A stretch of DNA of 32,000 bases, taken from the NCBI RefSeq assembly GCF_000007985.2, contig NC_002939.5, positions 2,490,001 to 2,522,000 on the forward strand, read 5' to 3'. The translations under genes were made by a program, and so were the position numbers. This stretch comes from Geobacter sulfurreducens PCA (GTDB taxonomy: Bacteria; Desulfobacterota; Desulfuromonadia; Geobacterales; Geobacteraceae). The notes under the pieces were generated by a model, which was given only the letters and a program-made list of their open reading frames with translations, had not been told where the DNA came from and made no database searches. This document shows positions 20,108 through 28,340 of the stretch, piece after piece (position 1 is the stretch's first letter; every line of letters starts with the position of its first letter).

Positions 20108-21205
20108 TCAGGCAAAGGTAACGCGGGGCAGTTCCAGGGCTTCGGCCAGGGCATGGTGAGCGATGCCGCCCCGCCAGGTATTGAGGGCTCCCCCCAGGGC
20201 GGGGTCGCGCCTCAACGCTTCCTCAATACCAACGTTTGCCAGCAACCGCACGTAGGGAAGGGTCGCGTTGGTGAGCGCCAGGGTGGATGTGCGGGGATAG
20301 GCGCCCGGCATATTGGCCACGGTGTAGTGAATGATGCCGTCCACTTCGTACACAGGCTTGTCGTGCGTGGTCGGCCGGCTCGTGGCGACGCATCCACCCT
20401 GGTCGACGGCAACGTCAACAATGACCGCCCCCTTCCGCATGGTCGCGAGCATGGGACGGGTAATAAGTACCGGAGTACGGCCGCCGGGAACCAGCAGCGC
20501 ACCAACCACCAGATCGGCATCCCGAAGATGATCCGCCAGGGCATCGGCCGTGAGGACCAGGGTCCGAAGCCTTCCGTTGAAGATGTCGTCAAGGCTCTGA
20601 AGCCGTTCGATCCCCCTGTTCATAACCGTTGTTTCCATGCCGAGGCCGAGGCAGACCCGTGCCGCGGCACTGCCCACCACCCCAGCGCCGAGGATAAGCG
20701 CCCGCCCTGCAGCTACGCCGGGAACGCCGGGGGGCAGCGTTCCCGTGCCGCCGTGAATCCGCTGGAGATAAAACGCTCCCACCAGGGGGGCCATCCGGCC
20801 GGCGATCTCGCTCATCGGCGCAAGCAGCGGCAGCGCTCCCCCCTTCTCCAGGGTTTCGTAACCAATAGCGGTCACGCTGCGTTTCAGCAGCGCACGGGCC
20901 AGCGCCTCGTTTGGAGCCAGGTGGAGATAGGTAAAAAGCGCCTGCCCGGGCTGCAGCAGCGCATACTCGTCCGGCAGCGGCTCCTTCACTTTGACAATGA
21001 GCTCGGCCTGACCGAAGAGGTTATCCCGGCCCACCACCCGGGCACCGGAGCGAAGAAAATCATCGTCGGCAAAACCGCTCCCCTCGCCCGCGCCCGCCTC
21101 AACGAGAACCCTGTGTCCTTCCCGCGTGAGCTCAGCTGCGCCGGCCGGCGTCATGCCGACCCGGTATTCGTGGACCTTTATCTCCCGGGGCACACCTATG
21201 ATCAT
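20108..21205 (-). CDS. ald: Alanine dehydrogenase
   Basis: MIIGVPREIKVHEYRVGMTPAG... and the NAD-binding ILGAGVVGSAAA motif. 365 aa, typical length. Confidence 0.92.
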   Translation of the reverse strand: MIIGVPREIKVHEYRVGMTPAGAAELTREGHRVLVEAGAGEGSGFADDDFLRSGARVVGRDNLFGQAELIVKVKEPLPDEYALLQPGQALFTYLHLAPNEALARALLKRSVTAIGYETLEKGGALPLLAPMSEIAGRMAPLVGAFYLQRIHGGTGTLPPGVPGVAAGRALILGAGVVGSAAARVCLGLGMETTVMNRGIERLQSLDDIFNGRLRTLVLTADALADHLRDADLVVGALLVPGGRTPVLITRPMLATMRKGAVIVDVAVDQGGCVATSRPTTHDKPVYEVDGIIHYTVANMPGAYPRTSTLALTNATLPYVRLLANVGIEEALRRDPALGGALNTWRGGIAHHALAEALELPRVTFA

Positions 21206-21723
21206 GGCTCAATCCCTCCGCATCGGATAGAGGTACTCTGGGTTTTCAGTATACCTCAGGATAGTGATTCGGCATGACGCAGCCCTGCACACACTCCTTT
21301 CTTTCCGCCCCCGCCATATCTCCCAGCTATATTAATGCAAAAATATAAATAAAAAATAATATTTTTACACACGCGACCAAACAAGCCGACAACGTTGCAC
21401 TATCAGCCATAACACCAGGTTTGGTATCCTCCGCTGCCATTTCACGTCATTATTTCCAAGAAATATAAATCGCTCTATCCTAGCAGTATTCCTCTGCATT
21501 GTAGATTCGAATATTGCAATAATAGGGTATGCCTATCCACTCCTATATGTCAAATGACGGCACCCCTCCCGCATGCCTCAAAACGAGCAAGATCAACAAA
21601 TTAAATAATTACAGCTACTTTTGTGTTTTAATGCGCTGGTTTCGCGAGGTCATGGCATCGGGATTACACCGGCAAGCGTTTTGCTCAAAAAAATCCAAAC
21701 ATCGCGCAGACAAGGAGGATGAT

Positions 21724-22104
21724 ATGGAGACGCTTTACACCATGATGGTTGTTCTTACCACCGTTGTTTCAGCCGTCATGATTCCGCGCATCATGCTCGA
21801 CTGGTTGCGCTATCAAGAATTTCTGCGCGATCGGAATGATGAGGAGCTCAAGATGCTTATCGCGGGACATAAAGGCTGGATTATACGGCACGGCCTGTGC
21901 GCCCTCGGCGCAGTTGCACTGGTAACCTGTATTAAATGCCTGCCTGAGCTTGCCCGCTATGACGAACTCGCAGGAGTCACAGCTGCTTACGGTATGATGA
22001 CCCTGGCGTTCGCATTTGTGGAATCGCTTCTGGCCCAGCGGATTGAGAGCAGCCTGCAGTCCGGCCTCGTCCCCGTATCCACTGACAGCCAGTTCGAACA
22101 GTAG
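21724..22104 (+). CDS. Small hypothetical membrane protein (about 126 aa)
   Basis: ATG 21724 is preceded by AAGGAGG. It has hydrophobic helices (METLYTMMVVLTTVVSAVMI, LCALGAVALVTCI, AAYGMMTLAFAFV) and is followed by a strong + strand terminator. I recognised no family. The track start at 21529 lies in AT-rich, non-coding-looking sequence. Confidence 0.55.
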   Translation: METLYTMMVVLTTVVSAVMIPRIMLDWLRYQEFLRDRNDEELKMLIAGHKGWIIRHGLCALGAVALVTCIKCLPELARYDELAGVTAAYGMMTLAFAFVESLLAQRIESSLQSGLVPVSTDSQFEQ

Positions 22105-22179
22105 CTCCAGCGTAATCAACGGCGCGGAGCCAGCACCCTGCGCCCCCCCAACTTTTTTGCAATGCATTAGTATCAGTCG

Positions 22180-22204
22180 CGCGGCCATCCGGCCGCGTTT
22201 TTTT
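22180..22204 (+). terminator. Rho-independent terminator
   Basis: CGCGGCC ATCC GGCCGCG followed by TTTTTTT. A perfect 7-bp stem with a 4-nt loop, 75 nt after the stop at 22104. Confidence 0.8.
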
Positions 22205-22473
22205 CGTCGTACAGGGGATACCGGCAAGGCGCATGCGCTGCTGGCACCGCTCAGGAACGTGACGATCTTCAACCATCAAGTGCATCAGCCCCCAACCAGC
22301 CCGAGCCCTTACCTGCCCCGCTCCGAAGTTCCGGGAGCAGCCGGACAACCAGCCGTCATCTTCTAGCCTGCAGAGTGAACATCTCGCTTGATAAATCAGT
22401 TTTAATTATGATACGTTCGTATTACTCGTAAACGACCTGTCAGCCTAGATATCCACGCAAAGAGAGGATAGCC

Positions 22474-23013
22474 ATGCCTTCTTTCCTCAAACCCCTTCGC
22501 GCCGCGATACCAGCGGCACTGGCGGTTCTCTGTTCGCTGCCTCCCGCAGCCTCGGCGCTGACCCTGACCAGCAACGATTGCGGTGCCTGTCATGTCGGCT
22601 CCAATCTCGACCGGCACCACCGGCTTATCTCCGAGGCGGGGATGGAATGCCTCGCCTGCCACCAGCTTCACGACCTGCCGGCCGGTGGCTACACAATCCT
22701 ACTTTCCCGGGAATGCCTGGCCTGCCACAATGCCACCGTGCACAACGGCGTTAGCCACACCGTAACAACCCCCGCCGACTGCGCCCGCTGTCACCGGGAA
22801 TCGCTGGAGACTACCCATGCTGAAAACGGCTGGCATGGCGGCGATCCGGCCATCAACGCGGAAATCTTTCCTTGCCTGCGGTGCCATACGAGCACCTCGA
22901 CGTCTATCATTGAAACCATCTCCGCGGGGTTGGCCGGCGAGACACCGAGTTGCATGAATTGTCACCCCTACGGCATGAAACGCAGTCGAGGCACCTCCTC
23001 AGTCCGTCGCTGA
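22474..23013 (+). CDS. Periplasmic hexaheme c-type cytochrome (179 aa)
   Basis: Signal peptide ...SLPPAASA, and six CXXCH motifs (CGACH, CLACH, CLACH, CARCH, CLRCH, CMNCH). AGAGAGGA lies upstream of the ATG. Confidence 0.85.
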   Translation: MPSFLKPLRAAIPAALAVLCSLPPAASALTLTSNDCGACHVGSNLDRHHRLISEAGMECLACHQLHDLPAGGYTILLSRECLACHNATVHNGVSHTVTTPADCARCHRESLETTHAENGWHGGDPAINAEIFPCLRCHTSTSTSIIETISAGLAGETPSCMNCHPYGMKRSRGTSSVRR

Positions 23014-23471
23014 CTGCTCCGCACCTTTTCTCCAACGAGTAGCGCCTGAAGCAGTGCAACCGGATTGACGCCGTAGCGACGCGCGGCGTCACCGAGTGTT
23101 TCACTCGGACCGATCTTCACTCCCCGCTGTTGCAGCTTGTACCGGGCATGCCTCGGGTCGATCTCCAATTGCCTGCACAGGTCATCGAGCGTTTTTTGCC
23201 CCACGTCAGTTCCCTCGAACGTTTCATAGACCAAGTCCATGGTATAGACGGCTTCCGGCTCTTTCCGTCCACTCGCGGACAGTTGACGGGCATGAACCGT
23301 AGGAAGCACCGAAAAAGAGAAAAGCTCAGCCTGTCCGGCCAGTAGTCCATCATCGGCAAGGGAGGCCAGGTGGAGAATACCCACTGCTGTTGCCATGCAT
23401 ATCACGACCAGCGCAACAAGAATCATGACAAATGTCTGTGTCCGCTTACCATCCGACTTCACCTCAACCAA
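22968..23471 (-). CDS. Hypothetical membrane-anchored protein
   Basis: The track ORF is 22968..23558. The probable start is TTG 23471 (GAGGAGG 8 nt upstream), giving a short basic N-terminus and one TM helix (MILVALVVICMATAVGILHLA). Two similar helical motifs follow (TLDDLCRQLEIDP..., TLGDAARRYGVNPVALLQALL). No family recognised. Confidence 0.45.
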   Translation of the reverse strand: MVEVKSDGKRTQTFVMILVALVVICMATAVGILHLASLADDGLLAGQAELFSFSVLPTVHARQLSASGRKEPEAVYTMDLVYETFEGTDVGQKTLDDLCRQLEIDPRHARYKLQQRGVKIGPSETLGDAARRYGVNPVALLQALLVGEKVRSSQRRTEEVPRLRFMP

Positions 23472-23755
23472 CCTCTTTTCCTCCTCGGAACCAATCAGTA
23501 GACGACATCGCCAAGACAAAATCAAAAGGCATGCCGCCTTGCGACCGCCCGCCAACAACCCGTTTTAATTCAAAATTTATAATTTTTTACCATAACAAAA
23601 CAGCTAACTACGTGCAATAGCTGCACTTTGGTGCGCCAATTTTGCACAAATACGCCTTTTTACCGTGCACACGGGGTGTCGAACGGGCTAATGTAATGTT
23701 AACTAGTGGAAATAGGGGCAATAATATGGTATGGTGAGTGGCATTGGAGGCTGTG

Positions 23756-24670
23756 ATGGATATTTCCGGACGCGACGTGGAAACCCGGCTTACCCTGGCA
23801 CGGGAATTCATGTCTGGGGTCGACGAACTGCCGACCGTCCCTGACATTGTCTTAAGAATAGCAGGCAAGCTTAATGACCCCGACGTCGCCATCGACGAGG
23901 TGGCGGACTTGCTTTTGCAGGACCAGGTACTGACCGCCCGGGTTGTGCACCTGGCCAACTCACCGCTTTACAGTGCCGCACGCCCGATCAGCTCCATCAG
24001 GGATGCAGTCATTTACCTGGGTCTCGACCTGCTCAGGGAAGCGATTTTCACCTGCGCCATCGTGGACCTTTTCAAAACGGGCAAAGGCCCCCTCAACCGA
24101 TCAACGCTCTGGGCGCACTCTCTGGGCGTTGCCCGCATTGCCAAGCTCATTGCCGAACGCACCGGATTTCTCAATCCCGTCAACGTCTACGTGGCTGGGT
24201 TGCTCCACGACGTGGGCGAAGTTTTCATCAATTTTTTCAGGGGCAAGGAGTTTTCACAGGTAGTCACGCTGGTCGATGAGGAAAAAATTACCTTCGGTCA
24301 GGCAGAAGAGAGGCTGTTCGGGACTTCTCATTGCGAGGTGGGCTTCGCTTTGGCCAAGCGGTGGAGCCTGAACGAATTTATCTGCGACACCATCCTCTAT
24401 CACCATGACATCGAGGCGGTTCCCTACAAGCAGGCCGCCATCGTGGCGATGGTCGCCTTTGCGGACGAATACTGCACCCTGCGACGACTTGGATTCGAGG
24501 GGCACAAACCGGTTGATTCGGTCCGCACGCTTCTCGAAAACCACCCGTCGTGGGGCGTTATTCGCAGGTCACTGGGTGGGTCGGACTTTGACGAGAAACT
24601 GATTGTTGCCGAACTTGACAGCTCCATCGTTGAAATTCGGGCTGCCGTCGACGAACTGTTCCTCCTCTGA
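23756..24670 (+). CDS. HDOD domain-containing protein (stand-alone)
   Basis: LPTVPDIVLRIAGKLNDPDVAIDEVADLLLQDQVLTARVVHLANSPLY...IRDAVIYLGL...LWAHSLGVA...AGLLHDVGE. Start set at ATG 23756 (GGAGG 5 nt upstream) rather than GTG 23738. Confidence 0.85.
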   Translation: MDISGRDVETRLTLAREFMSGVDELPTVPDIVLRIAGKLNDPDVAIDEVADLLLQDQVLTARVVHLANSPLYSAARPISSIRDAVIYLGLDLLREAIFTCAIVDLFKTGKGPLNRSTLWAHSLGVARIAKLIAERTGFLNPVNVYVAGLLHDVGEVFINFFRGKEFSQVVTLVDEEKITFGQAEERLFGTSHCEVGFALAKRWSLNEFICDTILYHHDIEAVPYKQAAIVAMVAFADEYCTLRRLGFEGHKPVDSVRTLLENHPSWGVIRRSLGGSDFDEKLIVAELDSSIVEIRAAVDELFLL

Positions 24671-24733
24671 GCTATCCCCGTCCCTCCCCCGCGCACCGCT
24701 GAACACATCATTTCCTTCCCAACCCGACCGCTA

Positions 24734-27022
24734 TCAGATTGAGAAGTAGAACACAGCACCGGCGCCGGGTGCACTCTCGGCCCAGATGCTTCCCCGGTGC
24801 CGGTTGATAATGCGCTGGACCGTGGCAAGGCCGATGCCGGTTCCGGCGAATTCGTCATCACGGTGTAACCGCTGGAACGGTCCGAACAGCCTATCGGCAA
24901 AGGCCATGTCGAATCCCGCTCCGTTATCCCTCACGCAAAACGCCGGCTGCCCGTCGGTCAGAGCACTGAACTCAATTTCGGCCAGCGGCGATCTGCCCGT
25001 ATATTTCCACGCATTTCCCAGTAAATTTTCCAGAACAATGCGCATAAGCTGGGGATCCCCTGTGGCAGTGAGCCCATCGGCAATGGTAATCACTACATTC
25101 CTGTTCGGTTCGGCCTCGCGCAAGCCGGCCACGACCTCGCGTGCCATGGCGCTCATGTCGATAGGCATACGCTTGACGTCACCCTGCCCCAGCCGCGACA
25201 GGTTGAGCATAGCTTCGATCAGCTGCTCCATCCGTCGAGCGGCTGCGTTCATCCGCTCGATGAACTCGAGAGCCTGCGGATCGAGCTGCCCGCCGTAGTC
25301 TTCCCGAAGGGCGAGGCCATAGCCGGCAATATGCCGCAGGGGTGCTCGCAGATCATGGGAAACCGAGTAGCTGAACGCCTCCAGTTCTCGATTCGCGGCT
25401 TCCAGGGCCGCCTTCTGCCGCATGAGATCCTCGTTCAGCCAACCGATCTCCTCCTGTGCCTGGGCCCGCTGCTCAATTTCCGCCATGAGACGGATGTTGA
25501 CCGACTCCAGTTCAGCGGTCCGCTCGGCGACCCGCTGCTCAAGGCCCGCATTGAGCCGGCGGACCTCTTCCTCGGCCCCTTTCCGGGCCGAAATATCCTC
25601 GATGACCATGATGAAATACTTTGGCTTGTCCGATGAATCCAGCAGTACCGATGCCGTCTGGTTGACCCAGACGTGTGCTCCCCCTTTGCGGAGATAGCGG
25701 TTTTCTGCGGCACACGAACGCTTTCCTTCAAGAAGTTGCTGCCGGCAGGATTGGCAGCTCTCCAGATATTCCGGACAGGTAATATCGGCAACGGTCATAC
25801 CGAGCAATTCGTGCTCGGCATAGCCGAGGATGTCGCTGAAGCGACTATTGAGCCTGATAAACCGTCCATCCATATCCACATGGGCAATACCGACCGCAGC
25901 CTGCTCGAACGTACTGCGAAACCGCTCTTCGCTCTCGCACAGGCTCTCGGTCCGCTGGTCAAGCGACGTCACCATCTCATTGAATGCGGTCGACAGTGCG
26001 GAGATCTCGTCACCGGTATCGGGCATGGGGAACCGGCGGTCGGCGCCCTCCTTTTCGGAAAGCCCGCGGATATGCTCGGTGAATGCTGTCAGTTGACGGG
26101 TGAGATAGCCGATCGATAGGGAGGTGAGAATGATCAGCGCGCCAACCCCCGCTACCGTAAAGACCCCCATAACACCCCTGGCGGCACGTATGGGCGCCAA
26201 CACCTCTTTTTCCGGGTAGTTGGCCATCACTACCCAATCTTTCAACGCCAGCTTGCGCGCCGTGGTGAACATGGGCACTCCCTTGTTGTTCACCGTACGC
26301 CGGGTGCCGGAAAACCCCTTGACGGCGTCGGTCACGAGATTGCCGTGTAGAGGTCCGACCTGATGCAGGATACACTCGCGCTCAGGGTGCACTATCAATG
26401 TCTGGTTAGCCGTTGCCAGCTGAAGATAGCCTGTTTTGCCGATGCGAAGGGTGCCGAAACGCGACAGCAGGTTCGTCTCACGCAGGGCGATGGTCCCGGC
26501 GAGAACTCCCCGTACCTGGTTGCCCGGGCCAAAGATCGGCGCGGTCATGACGATTTCCGAAGAATGGGGCGAGATACAGCAGGTCGTCATCTCGGAGATG
26601 AGTGGAATTCGTTTCCTGAGAGTTTCGCGAAAAAAGGGGGTGTCGGTAAAATTGGACGGAGGGTTGCTTCCGGCAACGTTATGGGATGTGGCGACCAGCC
26701 GTCCGTCGGCGGAGATGACCAGCAACCGGTTGCCGAACAGTTTGTTGAGGCTTGTCCTGCTCTGGAGGAATCGCCGGGTTCGCTCCGGGGAATCAAGGGC
26801 GTCGGCGGGAACGAAGGTGGCGCTGGCAACGAGAAGACCCTGGGCAATGCCGAGGGTATTGTCGATTTCACCGGCAATGTAGCTGACCAGCGAACTTTGC
26901 TGATCGATAATGGTCTCGTTGAGTTTGCGCTCGAAATAGCCGACCGCAACGACCGCCATGAACACGGCGAACAAAACCATCAACGCCGAAATGGCGAGTG
27001 TCATTCTTTGTTTGAGATTCAT
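24734..27022 (-). CDS. Sensor histidine kinase (TM - double-Cache-like periplasmic domain - TM - HAMP - PAS - HisKA - HATPase_c)
   Basis: H-box FSYSVSHDLRAPL. ATPase boxes: NLLGNAWKY, DNGAGFD, GTGIGLATV. PAS segment: ESEERFRSTFEQAAVGIAHVD.... Cache-like segment: FFRETL...GVLAGTIAL...GKTGYLQLA...IVHP. Start set at ATG 27022 (MNLKQRMTLAIS...), downstream of an AT-rich promoter-like gap. Confidence 0.88.
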   Translation of the reverse strand: MNLKQRMTLAISALMVLFAVFMAVVAVGYFERKLNETIIDQQSSLVSYIAGEIDNTLGIAQGLLVASATFVPADALDSPERTRRFLQSRTSLNKLFGNRLLVISADGRLVATSHNVAGSNPPSNFTDTPFFRETLRKRIPLISEMTTCCISPHSSEIVMTAPIFGPGNQVRGVLAGTIALRETNLLSRFGTLRIGKTGYLQLATANQTLIVHPERECILHQVGPLHGNLVTDAVKGFSGTRRTVNNKGVPMFTTARKLALKDWVVMANYPEKEVLAPIRAARGVMGVFTVAGVGALIILTSLSIGYLTRQLTAFTEHIRGLSEKEGADRRFPMPDTGDEISALSTAFNEMVTSLDQRTESLCESEERFRSTFEQAAVGIAHVDMDGRFIRLNSRFSDILGYAEHELLGMTVADITCPEYLESCQSCRQQLLEGKRSCAAENRYLRKGGAHVWVNQTASVLLDSSDKPKYFIMVIEDISARKGAEEEVRRLNAGLEQRVAERTAELESVNIRLMAEIEQRAQAQEEIGWLNEDLMRQKAALEAANRELEAFSYSVSHDLRAPLRHIAGYGLALREDYGGQLDPQALEFIERMNAAARRMEQLIEAMLNLSRLGQGDVKRMPIDMSAMAREVVAGLREAEPNRNVVITIADGLTATGDPQLMRIVLENLLGNAWKYTGRSPLAEIEFSALTDGQPAFCVRDNGAGFDMAFADRLFGPFQRLHRDDEFAGTGIGLATVQRIINRHRGSIWAESAPGAGAVFYFSI

Positions 27023-27139
27023 TACCCGAACCCACGCGGTTGTTGCCGAAGCGTGGCAAAACGCCTTCAGAGCTGCGTATCCAAGCCCCCTCCATGGGTC
27101 ATGGCCGTTCTTATTATCGTTGGAACCAATCAATTTGCT

Positions 27140-27168
27140 ACATTACATTTAAATATTCGCATTGTCAA
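27140..27168 (-). promoter_or_regulatory. Candidate sigma70-type promoter for the Cache/PAS kinase gene
   Basis: The minus strand reads TTGACA - 17 nt - TAATGT inside the short AT-rich gap between the stop of the upstream gene (27178) and the kinase start. A perfect TATAAT also sits just upstream of the TTGACA. Pattern match only. Confidence 0.3.
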
Positions 27169-27177
27169 TTATACAAA

Positions 27178-28140
27178 TTATTTCACAGCCTGCGCCGCCG
27201 CGCCACCTCCATCCCCGGACGCCCGTTTCCTGTCCAACTCACGGATGAGATCGTCATAGGCAACCAGGTTCTTTATGAGGGGGAGATCCTTTTTCGCTGA
27301 TTCTTCGAAAAGCCTGAGCCGCCCATTGAAGCTTGCCGCACGGTTCCTGAGCCCTTCGATACTGGCAGCCAGGTAACTTTTATCGTTTTTATAGGCGTCG
27401 TTGCGGGTGACGAACGCCTTTGTCTTTGCCCAGTATTCATCAGTATTTCCTGCGTAGTGATCAAGGGTTTCCAGGAACGAAAGGGTGGATGCGGAAACAT
27501 CGGCCGACGTCCGCAACTTGGCCTGGACATCGGTCATGGCACGCAGGAGTTCGCCGTCGGCATAGCGGGCAGCAGCTGAGACCTTGACGGCATCGGGGCG
27601 GACAGGGTCTATAGCGTCGACCATGGCCAAGTACCTGTCGGAAGTCTTCAGGTACGAGGCAATGGAGCCGGAAGCGGCGTTCAGGGAGAGAACCCCTTGG
27701 GAAACAAATTTGGTCAGGACTGAGGCCTGCCCCGCGTAGGGGATCGGCAGGACCCGGGCAAAGCCGGCAACCACGGAGCCGGCCTGGATGTACTTTTCGT
27801 AGCCGGCGAGACTTGAACTCATCCAGGTGACGAATTTCTCGAAGTCTGCCATGGATTGGCGCTGTGCGCGGGTATTGGCTGAGAGGTCCTGCAGGTGTCG
27901 TACGTTTTTTGCCAGCAATTCGTCGCTGGAAACGGTGGGGCTGCACTCCATCTCCCGGATTTTCTGCTCCAGCCTGACCTGGAGGGCCTGGAGCTCTTCC
28001 ACGAGCTTCTGCCGGCGTTCAAGCGACTCCTCACACGTGAGCGATGCCGGCGGCACAACCGCCGCCTCGGATGCATTCCCCTCGGCCCCGCGGCCGAGCA
28101 GTATGGCCGTACAGGCCACGACAAGCACTCTTCTTTTCAC
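27178..28140 (-). CDS. Secreted hypothetical protein, predicted all-helical/coiled-coil (320 aa)
   Basis: GTG start with a purine-rich upstream tract. Signal-like N-terminus MKRRVLVVACTAILLG. Heptad-like LERRQKLVEELQALQVRLEQKIREM. Protein-like composition throughout. No family recognised. Confidence 0.6.
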   Translation of the reverse strand: MKRRVLVVACTAILLGRGAEGNASEAAVVPPASLTCEESLERRQKLVEELQALQVRLEQKIREMECSPTVSSDELLAKNVRHLQDLSANTRAQRQSMADFEKFVTWMSSSLAGYEKYIQAGSVVAGFARVLPIPYAGQASVLTKFVSQGVLSLNAASGSIASYLKTSDRYLAMVDAIDPVRPDAVKVSAAARYADGELLRAMTDVQAKLRTSADVSASTLSFLETLDHYAGNTDEYWAKTKAFVTRNDAYKNDKSYLAASIEGLRNRAASFNGRLRLFEESAKKDLPLIKNLVAYDDLIRELDRKRASGDGGGAAAQAVK

Positions 28141-28267
28141 GGCTATCTTCTCTCTTTGCGGATGGTGATTATCTCAGCGCTGCATACTACTCCGCAGCCC
28201 GGGAGGCTGTCCAGTTCTTCATGGCATGCATGCGGAACGGAAAGGGCCGGCCCGGCAAAACAAAATG

Positions 28268-28296
28268 TTGACACGATATTATACATATGTTCATAT
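28268..28296 (+). promoter_or_regulatory. Candidate sigma70-type promoter for the octaheme cytochrome gene
   Basis: TTGACA (28268..28273) - 17 nt - TCATAT in an AT-rich tract about 45 nt upstream of ATG 28341. The -10 hexamer is weak. Pattern match only. Confidence 0.3.
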
Positions 28297-28340
28297 ATTT
28301 CGTCTTCTATATAAACTTGCAGGATGGGGGTAATCAGCGC

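Noticed and set aside
21505-21520. GATTCGAATAT, resembling a tRNA T-loop (GGTTCGAATCC) and hence a possible island att site or tRNA fragment.
   Set aside because: Only the TTCGAAT core matches. There are no flanking acceptor or T-stem complements, no CCA-proximal sequence, and no integrase nearby.
21529-21723. The N-terminal extension of the 21529..22104 ORF (MPIHSYMSNDGTPPACLKTSKINKLNNYSYF...).
   Set aside because: It lies in AT-rich, intergenic-looking sequence with no SD. The internal ATG 21724 has a perfect AAGGAGG, and the hydrophobic protein starts there.
22240-22262. TGGCAC at about 22243 as a sigma54 -24 element. Also TGGTAT..GC at about 21421 and TGGTGC...TTTTGCA at about 23629.
   Set aside because: In none of them is a GC dinucleotide positioned 10 nt after the GG, as in TGGCAC-N5-TTGC. 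The spacings are 7, 8/11 and 12 nt.
22420-22475. CCACGCAAAGAGAGG upstream of the hexaheme gene, resembling the ACGCAAAGC core of GEMM-I (c-di-GMP/cGAMP) riboswitches, which are frequent before Geobacter cytochrome genes.
   Set aside because: No preceding P1 hairpin with a GNRA loop and no GCAAA element are present. The second hairpin would have to lie inside the coding region. The purine run is simply the ribosome-binding site.
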